Of a DNA stretch of 64,000 nt, positions 1-9,974 are shown one piece after another. Position 1 is the stretch's first letter. Each line of letters begins with the position of its first letter. The DNA is taken from NCBI GenBank assembly GCA_963740315.1, contig CAVUDP010000001.1, forward strand, positions 294,766 through 358,765. Reading direction: 5' to 3'. The position numbers and the translations under genes were made by a program. The notes beneath the pieces were generated by a model. It worked only from the letters and a program-made list of their open reading frames with translations. It ran no database searches and was not told where the DNA came from. Source of the DNA: an uncultured cyanobacterium (GTDB taxonomy: Bacteria > Cyanobacteriota > Cyanobacteriia > Cyanobacteriales > Nostocaceae).

Positions 1-206
1 GTATGTCATTGCGAGTGGAACGGAGTGAAACGAAGCAATCCCAGAGGTTTGATGATTGTTTACATCCTGTTACATGATTCGGTTTATTTGTGCCGACTTA
101 CTTATTTAAATAATGCCGTAACGCACCATCGAATATTGTGAAAGATTGAGGAGTAAAAAACCGCAGAGACGCAGAGAGCGCTGAGGGAAGAGATGGGGAG
201 AAATGG

Positions 207-3200
207 TTATTTTTTATTCCATTCTTGCAATTTTTTCTGAGCAAATTCTCGTAACTGCTCATCGGGATCATTTTCTGCGCGATCGCGTAGCAAGGGTAAT
301 GTTTTAGGATAATTAGGGTAGTTTTCGAGAATTGCTTGTAGTGCTGTTTGACGAGGATTACAATTAGGATTACGGATAAACGAAAAAAATAATTCAAAGG
401 AATTATTGGCAGCAATATCATATATGAAGTTATAAATATCAAGAGTGAGTTGCCAACTTTGAATTAATTCTTGCATCAGCGTCTCTCTAAGGTAATCTTT
501 AATTAAATCATCATTTTCAAGCTGACAACATTCTATAAGTACACTTAAAATATTTTGATCGTCCTTCCAGTTACTAGCTAATTCTTTAATTACTACAGTT
601 TTATCTATATCATTATTATTAAACAGAAGTAGCTTTTTCAGCATTGGTAAAGTATCGGGGTCATTTTTCCAACCCTGCACTAATTCTTGTAATGCTATAG
701 TTTTTAAATGATAATTAGCACCATAATAAACTAGATTTTTCAGCATTGGTAAAGTATCGGGGTCATTTTTCCAACCTTTAACTAATTCTTGTAATGCTAT
801 AGTTCTTAAATGATAATTAGCATCAGAAAAAACTAGATTTTTCAGCATTGGTAAAGTATCGGGGTCATTTTTCCAACCTTTAACTAATTCTTGTAATGCT
901 ATAGCTCTTAAATGATTATTAGCATCAGAAAAAACTAGATTTTTCAGCATTAGTAAAGTATTGGGGTCATCTTTCCAACCCTGCACTAATTCTTTTAATG
1001 CTACTTTCTGTATTGTTTCTATTTGATCAACTCTGACTACATTATCATCATCAAAATAGTCACTATCGTCAGTTAAATTATTTAGCCTATTTACTTCAAA
1101 TGTAGTAGTATCTATTAGCTTTTTAAGTGAAGGTAAAGTTTTTGGATGTGTTTTAAAATCTGTTGTAATCCATGAAATAAGTTTAATACAAATCTTATCA
1201 AAGTCAAATGCAATTCCGTTGTATTCTTGAATTATATCATTAATAGATTCAAAAATAAATTTAAATAGTGAATGTACAATTGAATTGAGATTAGAAGGAT
1301 TTTTTACTTGTTTAAAGCATTCATTTGCTACTCCCATGTTAATAAAATCATCACCAATTCCGTCTTGCTCAATCAAAAACTCAATAATCTCCCCCACAAA
1401 CTTCGCGTCTATCATCCCCGCAATCAATGTTAAAATCTCATGCCAGTCTCCATCCCACCAGTGTTTACCAAACACTTCCGACTTCAACCGATCAATACTT
1501 AAAGTTTGTGTTTCTTTAAACTGCCAAACAAACTCCCAAGCACAGAAATATTCTAAAAAAGTCCGATGTACAAAAGCATAGTAATCTGCACCCAGATAAC
1601 ACAACATAAAATTGCGCGATCGCAGTTGATTTATCATTAATCTAGCGGCTTCTCTTGGTTTATCAACTTCTATAGTTTTCAAATAATCTTTGAGAATCCG
1701 TTCTAAATCGCTTTCTTTAATCAAATTACCATTCTTACCTTTTTCGCTGGTTTGCATAAAGTAAGCAACTTGACGCAACATTGCCTGTTTATCTTTATAA
1801 TCAATCGTCTTGGGATCTAATCTTTTATCTTCCACTAAAGCCCGCTCTACATCCCATTGATGCAGCAATACTCTTGATGCTTGGTTGTAAAGTTCGGCTC
1901 TATCTCTTGGTAATTCTTGGTTGCGGTTGAGAATTGCCATCATTGTTAACAATAAAGGATTTCCAGCTAATTCTCGAATCGCTTTTGAATTCTCAATTCC
2001 TTTTTGCAATCGTTCTTTTTTTCTGACTTTATCCGCTTCGTCATTAAAAGTTAATTCATGCCAGCGATCGATGAAATCTTGAATTTGTTCTGTTTCTAAA
2101 TCTTGCAGCATGAAATGCTTAAATTCAGCATCGCGTAATCTTTGAGCTTTATAACCAATAAGGCGAGAAGTGACAATTACCTGTACGTCTGGATATTCAT
2201 TTGTAAAGCGATGGATATCTGTAATTACATCTTCTCTTTTCCCAGTGTCGAATACTTCATCTAATCCATCAAACATTACCAATACGTTACCAGTTTTAAG
2301 TTGTGTGTGTAGTTGATGTTGATTTAAATGATGTACGGCACCGCTACATTTATGGAAAAATTCGAGAAAATTATTGCATTCTTTGTCATCTCGTCGTCGC
2401 ATATAGGTACGCAATTCAATTAATAACGGTATTGGTTGAGAAATTGTGTTACTTAAAGGTGATTCTGCCCAATTTAATGCTAAATATTGTAATAATGTAG
2501 ATTTTCCGGAACCTGGATTGCCTAAAATAACTGTATATTTATAAGTTTGTTTTTCGTTAATAATTTCTAAAACAGAACGTATGGGTTGCTCCTCATAAAT
2601 TCTTTTAAAACGTGATTTTGCTTGCTGGCTTTGTTGCAATCGTTTTAAATATTCTTTCGGTAACTCGTGAATGGGTAAAACTTCATTTACCTCCCGCACG
2701 TTTTGAACGATAAACATTCCCCATAGCTTCAGTTGGTTATAGGCATAACCGCTAGTATCTAAACTTTCTAATTTAAGTTTACCGTATCGCTCTTTAATTC
2801 CTTCCTGATATCCTAATAAATCAAAATCTGGGATAATTCCGGCAGTTGCTTGAGTATTATCTTTAATTGCTTCCAAATTTTGCGAATCAAAAATTACTCT
2901 AAGTTTATCTGAATCTCGAATAATTGCTTTAACTTTTTTTAGATAGCGTAACCCCAGTTTTTTCCAATCAAACTCATTTGGTAAAGCTGATAAATCTAAT
3001 TCATACCACTTACTTTCTAATGTCTTAGTATCTAAAGTTTCGCATTCATACTTAAAAGCACTTCCTAAAATCTCTTTAACATCTTTGTTGTGAATAAAGG
3101 TTTTGAAAGGCTTAACAAACTGCTTCAATTCTTCATCTTCAATCTCAGCATCTTCCAATTCCTGCTGCACCAACAAGAAAAACTCCTTCAAAGCCTTACC

Positions 3201-3392
3201 CGCAGCAATATCAATATCTTGCTTCTGCAAACGTTTCAATGCATTACCGGGAATACCCTTAAATAAATCCTTAGTCCAATCCTTCGCTGCATCTTTTGCA
3301 ACAGCCGCTAAATCTTTGGATAATTCTGCCAAAATCGGCTTGAAAACAAATCCCGCAGCCTGTGCTACTCCCCAAACTACCAACAAATCCAT
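207..3392 (-). CDS. NACHT-family STAND NTPase with C-terminal HEAT/PBS-lyase-like repeats (bNACHT/NLR-like)
   Basis: Walker A GNPGSGKST about 295 aa from the N-terminus. Walker B-like hhhhFDGLDE follows. Winged-helix/NACHT arm, then 5 or more near-identical 38-aa repeats (LPMLKNLVFSDANYHLRTIALQELVKGWKNDPDT) typical of HEAT-like repeats. The N-terminal ~290 aa is a helical region of unknown function. Confidence 0.85.
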   Translation of the reverse strand: MDLLVVWGVAQAAGFVFKPILAELSKDLAAVAKDAAKDWTKDLFKGIPGNALKRLQKQDIDIAAGKALKEFFLLVQQELEDAEIEDEELKQFVKPFKTFIHNKDVKEILGSAFKYECETLDTKTLESKWYELDLSALPNEFDWKKLGLRYLKKVKAIIRDSDKLRVIFDSQNLEAIKDNTQATAGIIPDFDLLGYQEGIKERYGKLKLESLDTSGYAYNQLKLWGMFIVQNVREVNEVLPIHELPKEYLKRLQQSQQAKSRFKRIYEEQPIRSVLEIINEKQTYKYTVILGNPGSGKSTLLQYLALNWAESPLSNTISQPIPLLIELRTYMRRRDDKECNNFLEFFHKCSGAVHHLNQHQLHTQLKTGNVLVMFDGLDEVFDTGKREDVITDIHRFTNEYPDVQVIVTSRLIGYKAQRLRDAEFKHFMLQDLETEQIQDFIDRWHELTFNDEADKVRKKERLQKGIENSKAIRELAGNPLLLTMMAILNRNQELPRDRAELYNQASRVLLHQWDVERALVEDKRLDPKTIDYKDKQAMLRQVAYFMQTSEKGKNGNLIKESDLERILKDYLKTIEVDKPREAARLMINQLRSRNFMLCYLGADYYAFVHRTFLEYFCAWEFVWQFKETQTLSIDRLKSEVFGKHWWDGDWHEILTLIAGMIDAKFVGEIIEFLIEQDGIGDDFINMGVANECFKQVKNPSNLNSIVHSLFKFIFESINDIIQEYNGIAFDFDKICIKLISWITTDFKTHPKTLPSLKKLIDTTTFEVNRLNNLTDDSDYFDDDNVVRVDQIETIQKVALKELVQGWKDDPNTLLMLKNLVFSDANNHLRAIALQELVKGWKNDPDTLPMLKNLVFSDANYHLRTIALQELVKGWKNDPDTLPMLKNLVYYGANYHLKTIALQELVQGWKNDPDTLPMLKKLLLFNNNDIDKTVVIKELASNWKDDQNILSVLIECCQLENDDLIKDYLRETLMQELIQSWQLTLDIYNFIYDIAANNSFELFFSFIRNPNCNPRQTALQAILENYPNYPKTLPLLRDRAENDPDEQLREFAQKKLQEWNKK
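620..1005. repeat. Intragenic tandem DNA repeat, ~114-bp unit x ~3.4, encoding the HEAT-like repeats of the NACHT protein
   Basis: Near-identical DNA units (…tttttcagcattggtaaagtatcggggtcatttttccaacc…) are directly visible. Confidence 0.75.
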
Positions 3393-3942
3393 CGCTTACA
3401 CTTGTTAACTTTTTGCTCAAAGTATAGCGAATTTACTCAGTAATTTTTCTACGTTCAATATCGCAAGTGTCATCATTGCCATAACAAGCCAAGAGTAGTG
3501 CATGACGCTACAACGATCGCTACACACCCGCTCAAGAAAGTTCCTCCTGAGTGCGATCGCAATACGCGGTATACTTATTTGAGAATCTTTTGCAATTGTT
3601 GGGATTCCATTTCTTGTAAAGCTCCGCTGGTATGCTTATGTCAAACTGATTTTCTGTAAATAAAGGGGAAGTATCCAATCTGTTAAAACGTTGTTTAACC
3701 GAAGTGGGAATCTGAGTCAATTGTTAAGCCTAATTAAGCAAAAGTAAGGAAACCGGGATTTACCACCGAAGCTTAAAGATGCGATCGCGCAATATACTTT
3801 TGACTAAACTATTGATAGGCATAGCTTAAATCTCGAAGAATTGTACCCACGATATATCTCCCTAGTATTAACTTATGTATTTAATGAAGATATATTGTTA
3901 ACATTAGTAAAAAAGCTGAAAAATTTGGGGACTAATACTGCT

Positions 3943-5106
3943 ATGGGTCGTGTAGGCGTTTTATTACTTAATCTTGGTGGACCGGATAAACTTGAGGATG
4001 TCCAGCCGTTCCTTTACAATCTGTTTTCCGATCCGGAAATAATTCGTCTACCTTTTAGTTGGCTGCAAAAACCTTTAGCCTGGTTTATTTCGACGCGACG
4101 AAGCAAAACGTCTCAAGAAAACTACCGTAAAATTGGTGGTGGTTCTCCGTTGCGACAAATTACCGAAGCTCAAGGAGATGCTTTAAAGAAGCAGTTGGCT
4201 GAAGTTGGAGAAGAAGCAAAAATTTATGTGGGAATGCGCTACTGGCATCCTTACACCGAGGAGGCGATCGCACAAATAATTAATGATGGTATTGATAAAT
4301 TAGTAATTTTACCTCTTTATCCTCAGTTTTCTATTAGTACCAGCGGTTCTAGCTATCGGCTTCTTGAACAAATTTGGCGAGAAAATCCTAAACTACAAAA
4401 AATTGAATATTCTGTAATTGCTTCTTGGTACAAGCAACCCGGTTATCTGCAAGCTATGGCAGAATTAATCGCCCAGGAGTTAGATCAGTTACCGAATCCC
4501 GACGAAGCCCATATCTTCTTTAGCGCACATGGAGTTCCCAAAAGCTATGTAGAAGAAGCTGGAGATCCTTATCAGCAGGAAATTGAGGAATGCACCCATT
4601 TAATTATGCAAACTCTCAATCGTTCTAACCCCCATACTTTAGCTTATCAAAGTCGTGTAGGTCCGGTGGAATGGCTGCAACCATATACTGAAGAAGCGAT
4701 CGAAGATTTAGCACGTAAAGGCGTTAAAAATTTAGTAGTTGTACCTGTCAGTTTCGTTTCCGAGCATATTGAGACGTTAGAAGAAATTGACATTGAGTAT
4801 CGGGAAATTGCAGAAGAAGCAGGAATTGAGAACTTCCGCAGGGTACCAGCACTTAACGTACATCCAGTATTTATCGAAGCTTTAGCAGATTTGACACTTG
4901 ATGCATTGAAATCTCCAAGTATTTCATTCGCACGAGTCAACCAGATGAAGAAAAAAGTCAAAATGTATCCTCAAGAAAGTTGGGAATGGGGCATTACCAC
5001 TTCCGCAGAAATTTGGAACGGAAGAGTAGCCATGCTTGGTTTCCTAGCTTTGATGATTGAAATACTCACCGGGCATGGTTTATTTCACGCCGTAGGGCTT
5101 TTGTAA
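3943..5106 (+). CDS. hemH: Ferrochelatase with C-terminal CAB (chlorophyll a/b-binding-like) helix
   Basis: [38 protein letters not shown]-terminus typical of HemH. C-terminal [23 protein letters not shown] motif, as in cyanobacterial type II ferrochelatase. The ORF extends upstream to 3841 but the conserved start is at MGRV. Confidence 0.9.
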   Translation: MGRVGVLLLNLGGPDKLEDVQPFLYNLFSDPEIIRLPFSWLQKPLAWFISTRRSKTSQENYRKIGGGSPLRQITEAQGDALKKQLAEVGEEAKIYVGMRYWHPYTEEAIAQIINDGIDKLVILPLYPQFSISTSGSSYRLLEQIWRENPKLQKIEYSVIASWYKQPGYLQAMAELIAQELDQLPNPDEAHIFFSAHGVPKSYVEEAGDPYQQEIEECTHLIMQTLNRSNPHTLAYQSRVGPVEWLQPYTEEAIEDLARKGVKNLVVVPVSFVSEHIETLEEIDIEYREIAEEAGIENFRRVPALNVHPVFIEALADLTLDALKSPSISFARVNQMKKKVKMYPQESWEWGITTSAEIWNGRVAMLGFLALMIEILTGHGLFHAVGLL

Positions 5107-5400
5107 TCAGTTATCAATTATCAATTAACAGAAATTAGTGGGGTGGGTATTATTATTTGCTTGCTCTGCTTTTTTTTGCAAAAAAAATCGGTAGAACTTT
5201 AGGAAGTCTTACCGATTTGAATAATAAAGAGAAGGTTTTTAAAAGAGAAATCAAGTTAGTTAAATTTGCTGTTTCGTATAGTTTGTGTTTTATCTTTGTT
5301 TTCTATATATCAGTGATAACCCATAAATTATCGCAACTGCAAGGGTAAATACGTACTTTAATAAAAGCTTCATTAAAAGTTAAAGAAAGGTCATAGTATA

Positions 5401-5495
5401 GAGGGGGAAGAGGGGGAAGAGGGGGTAGAGGGGGGAGAGGGGGTAGATAATTTTTTACTAACTCCTCACTCCTAACTCCTAACTCTTAACTATTC
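5401..5495. repeat. STRR-like heptamer/octamer arrays (GAGGGGGA…, then ACTCCTC/ACTCCTA)
   Basis: Direct tandem short repeats in the intergenic region between the convergent hemH and purB. Confidence 0.8.
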
Positions 5496-5510
5496 CCAAT
5501 GCCCAATTTA

Positions 5511-6833
5511 TTAAATTCCCAACCGTTGATAAATCTCATCTAAATGCTGTAGATGGTTTTGGGGGTTGAAACAAGCTTCGATTTCTGGGGATGATAATTT
5601 TTCTGTGATGCGGGTGTCTTTAGAAATTAAGTTGCGGAAGTCTCCGTTTTCTTTGTTCCATGCTGTATGAGCGCTTTCTTGAACTATTTGATAAGCTTCT
5701 TCGCGGTTCATTCCTTTGTCGATTAAGGCTAAGAGTACTTTTTGACTGAATACTACGCCGCCGTAACAGTTCATGTTTTTCGCCATGTTTTCGGGATATA
5801 CCAACAGGTTTTTTACTAAGTTGGTTGCTTCCCTTAACATAAAATGTGTCAAAATGCAAGAGTCGGGTAAAATTACTCTTTCTACGGAACTGTGAGAAAT
5901 ATCTCTTTCGTGCCACAATGCGACGTTTTCTAAGGCTGCGACGGCGTTTGAGCGTATAATTCGCGCCATTCCGGTTAATCTTTCCGAACGGATGGGGTTG
6001 CGTTTGTGGGGCATTGCCGAAGATCCTTTTTGTCCTTTGGAAAAGTATTCTTCTACTTCGAGGACATCTGTTCTTTGTAAGTTGCGGATTTCAACGGCGA
6101 TACGTTCGAGGGTTGCTGTAAGTAGAGCCAGTTGTTGGAGAAAATCGGCATGGCGATCGCGAGAAATAACTTGAGTGGATGCGGTGTCTGGTTGGAGTCC
6201 GAGTTTTTGGCAAGCGAGGGCTTCTATGCGGGGTTCGATGTTGGCGTAAGTTCCTACCGCACCGGATATTTTTCCGACGGCTATGGTTTGGCGCAAGGTT
6301 TGCAAGCGCTGCTGGTTGCGTAAAACTTCTGCTAACCATCCAGCAAGTTTGAAACCAAAGGTTATGGGTTCGGCATGAATACCGTGGGAACGTCCGATCA
6401 TTACGGTGTAGCGATGTTCGCGGGCTTTTTCGCGAATAACTGTAATTAATTCTTCCTGCTTTTGTACGATTAAATCTAAGCTTGCGAGCATTTGCAGCGC
6501 TAAAGCGGTATCCAGCACGTCACTACTTGTCATTCCCAAATGGATGTAACGTCCGGAATCGCCTACATACTCGTTAACATTAGTTAGGAAAGCAATTACA
6601 TCGTGACGGACTTCTGCTTCAATTTCCAGCACCCGCTTAACATCAAAATTTGCCTTGGCTTTAATTTCCCGTACAGCTTCGGCAGGTATATAACCCAAAT
6701 CGGCTTGTGCTTCGCAAACAGCAATTTCCACTTGCAGCCAGGTTTGAAACCTGTAAGAATCAGTCCAAATATTGCCCATTTCAGGCAGAGTATAACGCTC
6801 GATCACTTCCGCCACCGCATACAACTGTCTCAT
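5511..6833 (-). CDS. purB: Adenylosuccinate lyase
   Basis: IERYTLPEMGNIWTD… N-terminus and the fumarate-lyase signature SSAMPHKRNP. Conserved start near MRQLY/VIERY; the ORF-track start at 6896 is probably an upstream extension. Confidence 0.85.
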   Translation of the reverse strand: MRQLYAVAEVIERYTLPEMGNIWTDSYRFQTWLQVEIAVCEAQADLGYIPAEAVREIKAKANFDVKRVLEIEAEVRHDVIAFLTNVNEYVGDSGRYIHLGMTSSDVLDTALALQMLASLDLIVQKQEELITVIREKAREHRYTVMIGRSHGIHAEPITFGFKLAGWLAEVLRNQQRLQTLRQTIAVGKISGAVGTYANIEPRIEALACQKLGLQPDTASTQVISRDRHADFLQQLALLTATLERIAVEIRNLQRTDVLEVEEYFSKGQKGSSAMPHKRNPIRSERLTGMARIIRSNAVAALENVALWHERDISHSSVERVILPDSCILTHFMLREATNLVKNLLVYPENMAKNMNCYGGVVFSQKVLLALIDKGMNREEAYQIVQESAHTAWNKENGDFRNLISKDTRITEKLSSPEIEACFNPQNHLQHLDEIYQRLGI

Positions 6834-6947
6834 TGTACAAGTTGGTGTTGCGATTTTGGAAATTGGGGTAGAGCGATCGCGGCTATTGCACTGCAACCTC
6901 TCGACATTGCTATGATTAATACTGCTATAGTTATCGGTTAAATATTT

Positions 6948-9053
6948 GTGGTAGAACTACAAGCGTTTGCGGTAGGCAGTATTTTAATTATAATCGCGAT
7001 GTTTTGCTGGAATATTTATCTGTCAAAACGTCTTCAATATGTTGCTCAAATAAACCATAGCTACTATCACATTTTTAATCACAGTTCTCAAAATATATTT
7101 ATCATTAAACCCAATGGTAATTTATTAGAAATTAACGATTCGGCGCTGAAATTTTATAATTTCAAAAAAGAAGATATTCGCGGTAAACCTTTGTGGGAAG
7201 TGTTTTCGCAAGTTATTAATTTTGGGCATCAACAATTACAAGATGCTGTTACTCAAGCTGCTCTCGGTAAGTCAGTCGAGCTTAATATTGAATTATTACA
7301 GGCAAAAGATACGGTTATTACCAGTGAATTCTTATTTACTCCCGTAACTGACCAAAAAGGGAAAATATCGGTGATAGTAGCTGAAATTAATCAAAAAAAT
7401 CAAGTCGAACTAACGAAATTTGAATTACAAAAGCAATTACTCCAAACTTGTTTTGATGATGCTTCCATTGGTTTAGCCATTGTTGACGATCGATGGCGAC
7501 ACGTAGTAATAAATAAAACTTTAGCGGATATTAACGGGAAGTTACCACAAGAACAAATAGGTAAAAGTATTCGTGAAACTCTACCCGAATTAGCCCCTAG
7601 ATTAGAATCGATTTATCAACAAGTTACAACTACAGGTGAACCTATACGGGGAATTGAAATTACTGGAGAAACCCCCAAGGAACCAGGTACTATTAGAAAC
7701 TGGGAAGCTTCTTATTTTCCTTTGCCAATTACTAATGATAGAAATGCCATTGGCTGTATAGTACTAGAAATTACCAAACGTAAAAAAGCTGAAAAATCTC
7801 TTACGAATCGACTTAATCAACAAGCGGTTGTTACACAATTAGGACAACTTGCTTTATCCGGAATCGAATTATCAACTTTGTTCGAGCAAACAACTCTTTT
7901 AGTCGCTCAAAGTCTTAATGTTGATGCTTGCAAAATTCTCAAATTGCTTCCGGAGGATAATATTTTACTATTAATTTCTGGTGCAGGTTGTGAAGAAGAC
8001 TCGATCGGAAACGCTACAGTAGAAATCAATTTCCAATCCCAAGCTGGTTTTGCTTTATTATCTGGTGAACCTGTTATATTAGGCAACCTTGAAGAAGAAA
8101 CTCGTTTTACAGGTTCTTATTTACTACATCAAAATCAATATGTTAGCGGTGTCAGTACGATTATTCCAGGAAAAGAAAACCAACCCTTTGGGGTATTAGA
8201 AGCACATTCCATCGTAGAACATCAATTTAGTCAAGATGATGCGAACTTTCTACAATCAGTTGCCAATGTCTTATCAAATGCAATTATTCGCAAACAATCA
8301 GAAGATGAAAACCGCGAGCTTAACGCTACCTTAGAAGCACGAGTCAAACAGCGTACCGAACAATTAGAAGAAGTAAACCAGGAATTAGAAGCGTTTTGCT
8401 ATTCAGTTTCTCACGATTTACGCGCACCGTTACGCGCTATTCAAGGTTTTGCTCAAGTTTTGATGGAAGATTATGAAAGTTTATTCGACGATATCGGACA
8501 AGAATATTTGAATCGCATCATAGCAGCAGCAGCGCATTTAGATACTTTAATTTTAGATTTATTAGCATATAGTCGTTTGGGAAGAACTCAAATCCAGTTA
8601 AATCAAGTTAATTTAGCAATTGTAATTAAAGGAATACTTAGCGAACTTGAATCTGAATTACAAGAAAACCAAGCAGAAGTTATGATTAAAACAGCGCTTC
8701 CTATTGTCAGAAGCCAGCAAACTATTTTAAAATCAGTAATTACCAATTTGATCACTAACGGTATCAAGTTTGTTCATCCCAACGTGCATCCAGTTGTACA
8801 AATTTGGACGGAACAACGCGGTGAATATATCAGATTATGGGTAGAAGATAATGGTATTGGTATTGCTCCGGAACACCAAGAACGAATTTTTCAAGTTTTC
8901 GAGCGGTTACATGGAATTGAATCCTACTTCGGTACGGGTATTGGTTTAGCAATTGTTAAACGTGGTGTAGAGAGTTTAGGTGGCAAAGTTGGGCTTTCTT
9001 CTAGTCTTAACCAAGGTAGCCGTTTTTGGATTGAATTACCGAAGCTTGGTTAA
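6948..9053 (+). CDS. Sensor histidine kinase (TM, PAS, PAS, GAF-like, HisKA, HATPase_c)
   Basis: GTG start. Coiled-coil then H-box AFCYSVSHDLRAPLRAI. G-boxes GIGIAPE… and GTGIGLAIVKR. Confidence 0.85.
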   Translation: MVELQAFAVGSILIIIAMFCWNIYLSKRLQYVAQINHSYYHIFNHSSQNIFIIKPNGNLLEINDSALKFYNFKKEDIRGKPLWEVFSQVINFGHQQLQDAVTQAALGKSVELNIELLQAKDTVITSEFLFTPVTDQKGKISVIVAEINQKNQVELTKFELQKQLLQTCFDDASIGLAIVDDRWRHVVINKTLADINGKLPQEQIGKSIRETLPELAPRLESIYQQVTTTGEPIRGIEITGETPKEPGTIRNWEASYFPLPITNDRNAIGCIVLEITKRKKAEKSLTNRLNQQAVVTQLGQLALSGIELSTLFEQTTLLVAQSLNVDACKILKLLPEDNILLLISGAGCEEDSIGNATVEINFQSQAGFALLSGEPVILGNLEEETRFTGSYLLHQNQYVSGVSTIIPGKENQPFGVLEAHSIVEHQFSQDDANFLQSVANVLSNAIIRKQSEDENRELNATLEARVKQRTEQLEEVNQELEAFCYSVSHDLRAPLRAIQGFAQVLMEDYESLFDDIGQEYLNRIIAAAAHLDTLILDLLAYSRLGRTQIQLNQVNLAIVIKGILSELESELQENQAEVMIKTALPIVRSQQTILKSVITNLITNGIKFVHPNVHPVVQIWTEQRGEYIRLWVEDNGIGIAPEHQERIFQVFERLHGIESYFGTGIGLAIVKRGVESLGGKVGLSSSLNQGSRFWIELPKLG

Positions 9054-9218
9054 CAGTTAAGAATTGAAAGCTGATATACCTATTAATTGCTTTTTAACAA
9101 CATATGTAAACTTTCAAAACAACTTATTTAAGTCCCGTTAATAAAATATAAAAAAATCAGCCTTTAGTATAGTATGGGTTGGGGGGATGATTGATTTAAG
9201 ATTGGCAAAACGAAAATA

Positions 9219-9683
9219 TTGAGTAATATGATGGGTCTAAAAGAGTCCGGAATTCTGTTGGTAGAAGACGATTCTAACGATATCCTGTTTATACAGCGGG
9301 CTTTTCGTCGCAGTAAGTTAGAGAATCCCATACAGGTTGTGCGCGATGGAGATGAAGCTGTTGCATATCTTGCGGGCAACGGGGATTATGCGGATAGAAA
9401 TCTTTATCCTTTACCCGGTATGATTCTTTTAGACCTCAAACTTCCGCGTCGTTCGGGTTTAGAAGTTCTGGAATGGCTGAGACAGCAACCTATAATTAAA
9501 CGCATCCCGGTTGTAATATTAACTTCTTCTAAAGAAAATATAGACGTAGATAGAGCTTACGATATAGGGGTTAATTCATATCTATTAAAACCAGTTAACC
9601 ATAATGCTTTAAATGAAATGATTGAGGCGCTCAATGCTTTCTGGTTGCGCTTAAATTGCTATCCTTCTATCGCGCCTTCGTAG
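9219..9683 (+). CDS. Response regulator receiver protein (CheY-like, single domain)
   Basis: ILLVEDDSNDILF…LLDLKLPRRSGLEVLEW…PVVILTSS receiver motifs. Confidence 0.85.
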   Translation: MSNMMGLKESGILLVEDDSNDILFIQRAFRRSKLENPIQVVRDGDEAVAYLAGNGDYADRNLYPLPGMILLDLKLPRRSGLEVLEWLRQQPIIKRIPVVILTSSKENIDVDRAYDIGVNSYLLKPVNHNALNEMIEALNAFWLRLNCYPSIAPS

Positions 9684-9974
9684 TATAATTTTATTTAATT
9701 ATTCATTATAATTTGACTTTTATTTTTTTGTCTTATAGAACACGAAAAAAGAAACTATTTAAAATTTTCAGATATACGATTTAATAATTAGTAATTGGTA
9801 ATTATTAACTATGAATTATATTTAAATGGTTTTTATTTATTCCGGAAGACGCTATATTGTGTCTGTACATTATCTAAAATAAAACGAGTTTGATGATTAA
9901 TTTATTACCGAATTGATGCAATCAAGGCTGCATTATTAGTAAGGTAAGTTGTAGAGTTTGTATGGCGTTAATGT

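Noticed and set aside
98-442. 114-aa minus-strand ORF at the window start
   Set aside because: It overlaps the 3' end of the NACHT gene in another frame and runs into repeat-containing non-coding DNA. Low-complexity translation. Likely spurious.
1285-3408. Plus-strand ORFs 1285-1581, 2303-2500 and 3103-3408 inside the NACHT gene
   Set aside because: They are antisense to a strongly supported 1061-aa CDS, Ser/Cys-rich and low-complexity. They are shadow ORFs.
4647-6339. Antisense and overlapping ORFs within hemH and purB (4647-4961, 5620-5916, 5992-6174, 6091-6339, 6132-6323)
   Set aside because: All lie opposite or out of frame within genes with clear conserved motifs. Arg/Ser-rich translations are typical of antisense frames.
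6603-6941. 112-aa plus-strand ORF overlapping the purB 5' end
   Set aside because: It overlaps the conserved purB N-terminus on the opposite strand. No motif.
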